Of a DNA stretch of 64,000 nt, positions 24,301 to 33,429 are shown in pieces. How positions within the stretch are numbered: the first letter of the stretch is position 1; the number at the start of each line of letters is the position of its first letter. The stretch comes from Phallusia mammillata. Lineage: Eukaryota. A model generated the notes under the pieces. It had not been told where the DNA came from. It saw only the letters and a list, made by a program, of their open reading frames with translations, and did not search any database. Location of the stretch: positions 17,174,001 to 17,238,000 of the forward strand of contig OZ281494.1 in assembly GCA_965637545.1 (NCBI GenBank). Direction: 5' to 3'. The position numbers were made by a program, and so were the translations under genes.

Positions 24301-24958
24301 TAGCCTGCGGTGGAATTCGTACCCACAACAGGAGCTATTTCCGCGACTCGTGCGCTAATAATTGAGCCACACAGGTTTAGTGAAAGCCCGTCGAAAGTCG
24401 AATCACATTGCCTGTGTCGTATACTGCATATGCCAGCTCGTAGTTGGGGATCGCCAGTTTGACCATTCATCCGTTAAGATGAACATTAATTCAAAACAGA
24501 GATTAGAAGCGTTCATGCAGCGATCACCGCACACTGATATGCATATCATAGCAAGTCAGGCATATTGACTTACTGTCGAATTTGTACACCGAAAGAAGCC
24601 ACAGGCCAAACAATGCAGTGGGATTCGAACCCCCGGGCCCCGACAGAAGCCTTTTCAGGACTCGCCTTTTACCAAGTGAGCTACTGAACGTGATCGCTGG
24701 GTAACATAAATGGCAATTTTAGAGCTGATTTCAGTTTTGAATATGTTCATCTTAAGACGGTTGAGTATTATCAAAATGATTTTCCTATTACAACGATCCA
24801 AAACGCAAGAGAACATAAATACTCTCTTATTAAAATTTATTTTGTTACAGATGACTTGTCCACCAATCAGTTATTTCAAACTTGACGAAATAAACGAAGC
24901 ACTCGAACTGCAGAAAAAAGGAAAAATTGAAGGGCGAGCCATCATACAATTCGACTAA
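21366..24958 (+). CDS. Zinc-dependent alcohol dehydrogenase D (divergent coenzyme site), 8 exons, 372 aa
   Basis: Exons 21366-21458, 21763-21931, 22143-22281, 22374-22534, 23119-23228, 23485-23673, 24032-24181, 24851-24958 join in frame (1119 nt) with the same intron phases as A-C. Zn ligands retained (GICASD, GHE, CNTCGYCAQYAPNKC, LGCAG), but the Rossmann motif reads STGGLS and the Asp position reads ISSTS. Confidence 0.92.
24302..24378 (-). repeat. tRNA-derived SINE head (degenerate)
   Basis: Minus strand GTGTGGCTCAATTATTAGC...GTGGGTACGAATTCCACCGCA: A-box-like and B-box-like motifs, stems not intact. Confidence 0.55.
24607..24692 (-). repeat. tRNA-derived SINE head
   Basis: Minus strand TAGCTCACTTGGTAAAAGGC...GGGGGTTCGAATCCCACTGCA: clear A and B boxes but the acceptor stem does not pair. 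Confidence 0.6.
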
Positions 24959-25050
24959 AGCTCCACGAAGATATAGTTTTAAAAAACTCATTCGCTTTGT
25001 TATTGGTTGTTTTGCTGGTAGCCTATACTATCTTTAATAACTTACTAACT

Positions 25051-26444
25051 TAGGGGGAGATGTGGGACCATTGGGCCAAAATTCAGTTTTTCATGACTAT
25101 TTCTTTGAGTTCGAAAGAAAAATTTGAACACCTGTAGTAATACTACACGTTTTAACACACTTACACAAGGGCATAACTTTCTTATTTGGAAATGCGTTGG
25201 CAAGATATTCCGTTTTAAAAATTACAAAAAATATGGCTCAAAGGTCCTTACCCTTGGGGACCATTGAGCCTCGCATAAAGGACTTTTGGGCCAGTATTTT
25301 CATGTGATATGGACCATTAATCCACGCATGAGGGAGCTTATTAAGTGTTGTGTTTGAAAGTACTGTAGAACAATTTTATTGAAAAAGAAATCTAATAGTA
25401 ATCAAAAGAACGAAATACAACCAGCATCAATAGCTTTATAGGCCCACAAATACAAGAAATCACTTTTTTTTCAATGTATTTTTCGACAATCAGGCGACAG
25501 TCCGAGAACTGAAAATTGCCCTTTGTCGTTCACGGGGTTCGAGCCCAGGATACCCCGGGGACGAATCCCGATCAGGTTTTTTATGCCTGTATGTGGGTCA
25601 GGCGCGCCAGGCCATTCGGCCAAGTTCCCGCCCAAATCACAGTTCACAAGTCATAACTGCTTAAGTTAGGGGTTGATGTAGATTTCGCCTCTTTGATGTA
25701 TCTTTGTTGCACGAGGAATGTTGTTGCTGAAAGCGGCTTCTCGGGTGCTACATTTTTTATCCAAAACTTCTTGAACAGCTTTTCTCAAGCTAGAGTCAGT
25801 ATAATGTCTATACTTTTCTTTATTTTTTTTTAAAGTAGGCATTTGATATAGGTTATATAATTTACTAGACTAATATCAGACTCTATTGATATAACAATTC
25901 ATTTGTGTAAAGGTTTTTGACAGTTTAATATGCAACATAAATACATAGGCCCAACACAAAAATTCATACTTAAAACCCACAAGCACAACGCATGTATTAA
26001 CGCTATTAAGGTATAAAGTCAAAGGACCTTTGGGCCATGCCCAATGGTCCTGTGAACAACTGGTCCAATGGTCCTGTATTGCCACCATTACGAACTTATC
26101 TGATTAAACTACGTTACACAGATCAACTTAAGAAATACTAATGCTCATCTAACGCTACAATTGACTAACTAATATCCTGCAAAGTTTGTGTTTTAACTAG
26201 CTTTCTCTTGTAAAGAAATTACAAAAATGTAAAGGAGTAAAATATTTACTTTCAAGCTGCGAAAACTTAGTTATGCTCACAGTTTCTTCTGTAAGTGACT
26301 GACCTTCTTGCTGTTACAGCTTTAAAACTCTTGCAACACAAGTACTTTAACGCATGATTGAGAACTCGTTACAGCGACCAGTTTGAGAGAAACGCATGAT
26401 GGCCCAAAGGTCCTTCATGCTCAATGGTCCCGCATCTCCCCCTA
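25051..26444. mobile_element. Non-autonomous TIR element of about 1.39 kb (TA-flanked pogo/Fot1-like, or a 4-bp-TSD family)
   Basis: TIR TAGGGGGAGATGTGGGACCATTG / CAATGGTCCCGCATCTCCCCCTA; subterminal GGACCATTG repeats at both ends. Flanks can be read as TSD TA (element 25053-26442) or ACTT (element 25052-26443). No transposase ORF; contains a SINE-like insert. Confidence 0.8.
25518..25632 (-). repeat. tRNA-like SINE fragment, second family
   Basis: Minus strand GGGAACTTGGCCGAATGG (A-box-like)...GGGCTCGAACCCC; a diverged related copy lies at about 28416-28510. Confidence 0.45.
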
Positions 26445-27804
26445 CTTGTACACAGCATTTTTAAACATTTTATTTGCAAATGCTACTGTAATTTAGAATT
26501 GTGTAAAAATCGTAACAAAAACCACCCGGCATTTCGGAACTGAAAGAAATATTTGCAATCTTTAGTTTTATATTACGAGAAAATATACATTTATTTTTGA
26601 AATGCATGGTTCTAGATGGTTTAACAACAGCCTTAACGTTTTTGTCACAATCCGAGAAAACCGAGCCGTGTGCAAAAGAACAGGACATCCTGCCTTCTGT
26701 TGGCAAAACATACAGCGTGCAATTTGAGACGTGATCACATTTCATAGGAAACGGGAATTAGTCTTTGTCTGTGTTGCCATCACACCATGTTGATTTTCGC
26801 AATATCAGTATATCACACCTTGTTGAATTTCGCCAATAACTATACGGAAAAAACATGGAACGTAACAACCAGCTGTATACCAGTTGCGTCTCGAAAGTTA
26901 ACCAAACAGGAGGCTTATTTGATAAATAACATCCAATGTTAGGCCTACTTGGCGGGCAATTTAGAGTATTAATAGCCTATTGATGTGTTATTTATTTATG
27001 TAGTGCTTCTTTCTTAATTTTGTGCATATTTTTCCGTTCATGTCAATTTTACACACAAAAGCATGGTTGTCGAAACTGATTTTTATTAATTTGTTACTGA
27101 ACATTCATTCATTATCATTTAGCAGCAGTTCTATGGTGATTTCTTTCTTTTTTCGAATATTAATTGCCGTCAAATTGTTTTTCGGTATATCATTCCAGAA
27201 ATAAATTGATGACACTAAACATGTATTTTGTTAAGCATCAAACTGTTCGGTTAAAGACTCCTGTTTTGAATCAAACAAATAACAAAAACAAACTTAGTGT
27301 AAGCCAAAATCCTGAAAAAGATTTGGTGTCGACGGGGCCAATAAGATGTTTGTAATGTCGTGTGCAGTTTGAAAATTAACGTTTGACATTTTTCTTAATG
27401 TTAGCTTTTGTTACCCTTTCCGAAAGGTTATTTCACGTGGCCCAGCATACACAAAACCCAGTAAAGACCAAACAAGAGAAAATACTTAAAAATCAACTGT
27501 TTAAGTATATTTTTACACACAAGCAAAAAAACTCAATTAACGATTCTGTCAGAGCTCTGAGGTGTGTACAAATGCGGGAATTGTCATTGATTTTATTGCC
27601 ACACAATTCAAACAAACACGGAAAAAACTTAAATCGCAACTTTTTGTAAACACATCTTGTTGTTTATCAATATAGTGGTTCTGGAGTGAGTGTCTTATTG
27701 TCTTATCAATCGAGTTGCGACTTTTCACCTGCTACGTCCTTTTATTATTGTGTTTTGCATTTGTCTGCACATCAACCCGTTTCCTCATTTTGTTTCACTG
27801 GCAC

Positions 27805-28348
27805 CAGGGCTGCCACTCCTTGGGATTTTTCCCAAGATCTTGGGATTTCAGTGTTGAGCTTGGGATCTTGGGAAAAACTTTTTAAACCTTGGGATTTTTT
27901 TAAATTATTCATTTAATACGTTTAAGATACAATTAATACTATTGTTGCGAACAAAAAATATCCATTTGCAAAAATCATCTTTTTATGTAACGATTTACGT
28001 AACAGTGCTTCATCAATTTTGTGTTCGAAGAAGTGTAAGTTGATCGAAGTTCTCTGTCAAAACTTATGAGTCAGGCTAGTGCTACAGGCTTTTCGGTGTA
28101 TTATGTGCCACTAAAAACATGTACAAAAAATATATTTTTCTTTTGTATTTTTCTGGTATTTCTTAGCGTCTTTTCAAAAGTACAGATGACTGGGACCTGG
28201 TGTAACCATATAGATTATGTTGCCTGCGCCAGCTAGGATTTAAACTGTGTATTTGCCATTTTTTGGTTATCTTGGGATTTTTGGACAAACCTTGGGATTT
28301 TTGGTGAGGTAACCTTGGGATATCTTAAAATTCTCAGTGGCAGCCCTG
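27805..28348. mobile_element. Non-autonomous hAT MITE (CAGGGCTGCCA ends), 544 bp
   Basis: TIR CAGGGCTGCCACT / AGTGGCAGCCCTG; CTTGGGAT subterminal repeats; 8-bp TSD ACTGGCAC at 27797-27804 and 28349-28356. Confidence 0.9.
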
Positions 28349-29064
28349 ACTGGCACTACTGTGTCATAGTTTGATTTGTGCAGATGCCAAACTTTAAATA
28401 ATGCAAAGTAATATTGTCGCCTCGGTTTGAACCCAGGCACTACAGAATCCCGAAAACGATCTCGATCAAGTTTTTCATGTCTGCGCAAGGGCCACCAGGC
28501 CACACCCTTGCTCATTCGACCATGTCCCTTGTATTTTTATTTTATTTTACTTCTTCTGCTGTCTCTTTCAAAGTGTTGCGAGTCTATGGCGCCCATTTTT
28601 TAATTTTCAACTTCAAGTCCAGTAAGTGTTTGTTGAATTGCGGATTTTGTTTGTGTGAGTTGAATATAATTGTGAAATGAGATGAAGTGTACTTGCTATG
28701 TTCTGTTTTGCTGCTCCCAAGAAAGATGCCTAACGTATTTACTTGATTGTAATTTGTAAGCCGACATAATTTTAAAATGTAGGCCGTCCCCGCTTTTAAG
28801 CTGCCCTCAATTGTAAGTCGAACAAATTGTAGGGTATTAAACTTTGTAAGCAGCGACTTGCAATCGCATAAATATGCATATTTATACCATGGTAACACAG
28901 TTTAACTATGAGACATTAGAACTGCGATTAGAGACAATTTTGTACGTTTGTATTTGTTTAAGGTCAACCTGCCATTATAATGACTAGATGCAAAATAAAT
29001 ATTTTCTTCTATTGCAGTTTTGTCAACATAAATTTATCATAAAATATATTCTGTTACTGTTATC

Positions 29065-29490
29065 ATGGATTCTTCTGAAGTTGACAGTCACTCCATGATG
29101 TTGTATCAAAACCGCTTGACTACTTTTGCTGGATGGCCCTATACAGAACAAGATGGAGCAAAATGTACTGCTGAGAATCTGGCAAATGCTGGATTTTATC
29201 GACCCCATGCTGAAAGCGAACCTGACCTGGCACGGTGTTTTATGTGTTTTAAAGACTTAGAAGGCTGGGAACCAGAGGATATACCAGAGCAAGAGCATTC
29301 AAAGCGATGTCCAAATTGCCCGTTTATACTCCAGAGGGTGAAGGATGTTCAGAACATGCAGATTGAAAACTTTGTCAGACTCTGCTTCCAGCAAAGTATG
29401 CAACAATTACAAAAAGAATGTAGCGATTGTGTTGGTGAAATAAACAAGATGAAAGACTCAAAGTTCCAAGAATTAAAACTGTTGAAATAA
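29065..29490 (+). CDS. BIRC5: Survivin (single BIR domain plus C-terminal helix), intronless, 141 aa
   Basis: NRLTTFAGWP, LANAGF, RCFMCFKDLEGWEPEDIPEQEHSKRCPNCPF (CX2C-H-C zinc ligands), followed by a coiled-coil-like helix; survivin-like length. Confidence 0.93.
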   Translation: MDSSEVDSHSMMLYQNRLTTFAGWPYTEQDGAKCTAENLANAGFYRPHAESEPDLARCFMCFKDLEGWEPEDIPEQEHSKRCPNCPFILQRVKDVQNMQIENFVRLCFQQSMQQLQKECSDCVGEINKMKDSKFQELKLLK

Positions 29491-30033
29491 AATACCATTT
29501 TGTGACATATATATTACTCATTCTCTTTTATGTACCTTTTGAAACTTAAAGCTCCCCAACTGAGTTTTTTTAATATGCTTTTGGTCCTGCTGTTGTCTCT
29601 AATAGTTATTTTTAAATGTTAAAATCTTCTATGGTGGTGTTGCGTTGTAAGGTGTGGCAAAATTAAATCATAAAGCAGTTGCACTCAGTTTTTTTTAATT
29701 AAACAAGATTTAGGTGAAAACTGCTACATCATAGATTTCGACAGGCAGTTGCATACTGAATGTTACACATTTTATTTTGTCGTTAGTTTGTGCCTATGTT
29801 GGGTGAATGCATGCTCTGTTAATAAAAAAATACTGCCTTAAATACAAAAGTTTTTTAACTCTAATCATCTCTTCACTACAAATGTTTTTGAAGAACATTC
29901 AAAAATACTGTTTACAAATGTTTGTTTGCACTATATTTTGTTTGAACTCTATGTAAACTATTTTTCCTGTGCTTTTAGACATGTAGAATGAAGGTTCATT
30001 ACTATTAGGAGGAAATTAGATAAATGACCTGGA

Positions 30034-33000
30034 ATGGCATCAAGTAATCCATCCATAAAAGAATGCATTACACTAATGTGCCGACTTTTGAAGTATGCAC
30101 CAAATCCTATTCATGTAAATCCTGACACCTTTCGACAAGCAAAACACAACAATCCTGCAGCTGTAAGTTTGTAGTCTTTACCAAGCTGTACCTCAAAAGC
30201 TAATCTTTGGCCTCATTTGCACACATCAGATATTTTAGTCCCCATGAGCTTGCATCTGTCCAAGTGTCATAACAAGTAATAACTGCTTCACAAACATGGT
30301 TGTATTTAAGTTTAAAGAGCTCTTCTGGCAAATGTGATTTTATTCCGATGTTTCGACGTCCTGTACAGGTCGTCTTCTTCATCAGGGTAATTCACACATC
30401 ACATTTGCCAGAAGATCTCTTTAAACTTCATACTATGCCTGGCAGTATAGCTGTATTTGTAAGAATATGTAAAATATTTACAAACAATATACAATATATT
30501 TTGGATTATTATTTTATGTGTGCATAAATATATGCAGCAAACTGTTTTAACAACTATGCCTGTTAGGTGGATGAAATGTTGAAGTTGGTTCATATCATGC
30601 TAGCTACTGACAAAACTAAGTTGCAAGGGCCTTTAGATGCAGATATGAAAGAGGCCCTAATTGAAAAGTTAGAGAACAGTGGGTAAGTTTGGTTTGCCCA
30701 TAGCTTGCATAAACACTTTTGATGTTAGTTGTTTTGAGTTGAGTTTATTTCACTGGTGATACAAATTGTAGCAGCACAATCGTGCTAAGATATTCACCAA
30801 GCCGGAAATAACTGCGCAACGTTGGGATGTTATTAAGCGCGACAAAGGTAAGGGCACAATTGGTGGAAAGATGATAAACGCACCTACACCGTTACTTTTA
30901 TAGGGATATGAATAAAAAATACTACCATTATATGCTGTCTAGCAGTTTGATATTTGTTTTTAACTCTTTAATCCATCCAGTTTTTTATCACATGTGGATA
31001 TGGATGTAAAAGAGACAACTGCCACATGCCATAACATAGATATAGTTTGCAACATGCATGTTTCCAGACTTGTGTTATTGTTTTGCATGTAAAATAAGCT
31101 CCTAGTAATGTGATTTTATTTTTAGTGAGATAAAATTTAGTTCCTTCCAATGACTTTCTGTTTGTAGGTATCCAAGAGTACACATGCTAAAAACCAACCT
31201 GACAAGTTTGGAATTGCTTTTGTGTTTTGGTTGGCTTCTTCACATCACAAAAATATTGACACAAATATATCGTGCTTCACTTGAACCCACAGACATATTC
31301 TCTATCTTGTTATGTGAAAAGCACAAAGTGAAGATACCTTCTCCATTCCAAAGCAGTGAAAATTTGGACATCAGTGGCTTAGAAACCATGCTTAGTGGTA
31401 CGATTGGCCCAAAATTGGAGCATGATAAATTTGATGCCATGTCAGTTGCAGATCAAATAAACCATGTAGCTTGGATGTCAGGAAAAGTTGAAATGAAAAT
31501 GAGTGCTCTTAATTCGCTTTATTTGTTTACTGCAAAAATTGATGCACAGGTTTGTATCTATTTTATATAATTGCTGTTCAAATAAAACCTAACATTAAGT
31601 AAGGTTTAATTTAAATCAGTTTTTCAAGATCAAACTTTGATTTTAATGAAAAAGGTCAAACTGTGTCAAAGATATGTGCATATTGGTGTAGTGATATTAA
31701 AATTTTATTAGATTCAAAAACAGACACATTCAGCAACTGCCAAAGAAAAGACTACTTTTGACAGTTTAACAGCAAATGAAGCTCTTCTTTTCAAGCACTC
31801 CAAAATACTTCAACTGGTAATGTGTTGTTGTTTTTTACTGTTGAACACAGCATGTCAGAATTCCCTTTCACTAAATAACTTTAACAAAAACTGTGTGCAT
31901 CAGCTTCAACAATTATTAAAATTTTGCTTAAAATGCCAGATTGGTAGCTATTTAGAAATACAACATCAGTATTAAATTTCAAAGTTTTGCACTGTACATA
32001 TTCATGTCATTTGTGCTTCAGTTTAAATAAGTTTAAACTGTTTAGTGTGAAAAAGACATGGAGCGAAAGGTTCAAATTATTCAAGCTTATAACAAATGGA
32101 AAGATATGGAACCAAAATTTTGGCAATGGCTGGTATGTATTGCACCCCCTAATATTGACATTTCTAGTCACTGTAGCCTTTGGTGTTTTATCATGGAACC
32201 ATGAAAATTTAATAGCAACATTAAAATGTTTTCATTTTCGTGTGTTAAAATCAAGTTCCTGGTAATATTGTACACAACAATGTGTTACAGCATGGAGCAG
32301 CTTATGACGAAATACAAGAGGAATATTTGCCCTCAATGAATTCTTCCGATGTCCCAATAATTGATGCTTTGACAGAAGGTTTGGAAAGTACTGCTGCTTC
32401 AATTGAACAAGTGAAGTCCATGCTTTATGACAAGCAAAGAGAATGGCTTGAACTGGCCAAAACAGTAAGTGGTGTAGTGTTAGACATGGATTATGGATTT
32501 GCATAACCTGGATGTACAATACCTTTAGTTCCACTTAAAAATCGTGTTAGGAAATTTTCACTCATTGCTATGTAGAGTTTGTCAAAAGTTCCCTAAAAGG
32601 TTTATGGGCCTGCTGCGAATGTAAAGGATCATTTTTTACCTGTGTTTATTAAAGTACACAGGACATTGGAGTCCACAACAAGTCTGAATCTGACTTCTTT
32701 CATTGTAATAAGTCCTACATATAAAAAACCCCAAATTTGCAGTGACTTTTGTATTTTGGTTGTGCACCAACACACAGGTGCTTGATACACTCAGACTTCC
32801 TATGTAAGTTTCTGTTGCATAGACAAGCAAGTTTTCCAACTGTAATAATTAACTCTATAGTTTATACTTAATCACACTAAGTGATGGACATTACCCAAAT
32901 ATACCAAGCATCCCCAGCTGAGCTTGTAGGGAATGTTACAAAATTGTTGTGGTTCATTATTGCTAGGTTAGTTCCCGATTGTAACATGAGTTTGTTCTGA

Positions 33001-33429
33001 CCTAGGACTCTGGACATCTGGCCAAAGTGAGAGTGGAACAAGAACATGAAATAAGTAAAGAAGTCCAAGCATTGCTGCAATATGTCAACAGCATGGAGAA
33101 TAGTTTCAAGCTCGCCTTGTCAAGTGGTCAGCATTTTTTGAATAAATATGTCATTATACACATGGTGGGCCTGTTAAAAAAATTGTCCTGTGCATATGCT
33201 TTATGTTGAGCATCGTTCATTTGCTCCAGACGCCAAGGGAAAAGGGGGACCTGCCCACAGCCCCACCATTCCAATATCAAACGAGATCCAGCGTCTCCGC
33301 ACGAGGGCGCTACAGATTGCTGACCAGTTGCGGGAGATGGAGCACCTCAGTGGCGAAGAACTCACTATAATTGTGAACAGCAAACTTAATGGAAACGCAA
33401 TACTTGTTCCGGCCACAGCAGTAACGTAA
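30034..33429 (+). CDS. TEDC1: Tubulin epsilon and delta complex protein 1, 8 exons, 437 aa
   Basis: Exons 30034-30162, 30567-30682, 31168-31549, 31712-31816, 32046-32132, 32291-32464, 33006-33126, 33230-33429 join in frame (1314 nt). Motifs match my recollection of human TEDC1/C14orf80: PDTFRQAK (PEIFRRAK), GYPR..LELLLCFGWLL (GYPR..RELLLALSWLL), HVAWMSGK (HVQWLMGK), KWKDMEPKFWQWL (WRRSELVFWRWM). Confidence 0.85.
30309..30429 (-). ncRNA. Hammerhead-ribozyme-like motif (type I, Penelope-like minimal form) closed by a 31-bp inverted repeat
   Basis: Minus strand CC-CTGATGA-AGAA-GACG A CCTG TA CAGG A CGTC-GAAA-C-ATC-GG, flanked by AAGTTTAAAGAGATCTTCTGGCAAATGTGAT / ATCACATTTGCCAGAAGAGCTCTTTAAACTT. 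It has 4 extra nt after the CUGAUGA box. Confidence 0.5.

Noticed and set aside
24607-24692. Functional tRNA gene
   Set aside because: A and B boxes are present but the acceptor and anticodon stems do not pair; treated as a SINE head.
26470-28600. Possible minus-strand gene divergent from survivin (MGAIDSQHFERDSRR, KAGCPVLLHTARFSR)
   Set aside because: Could not chain the segments without stops; the region is disrupted by a MITE and SINE and has no recognisable domain.
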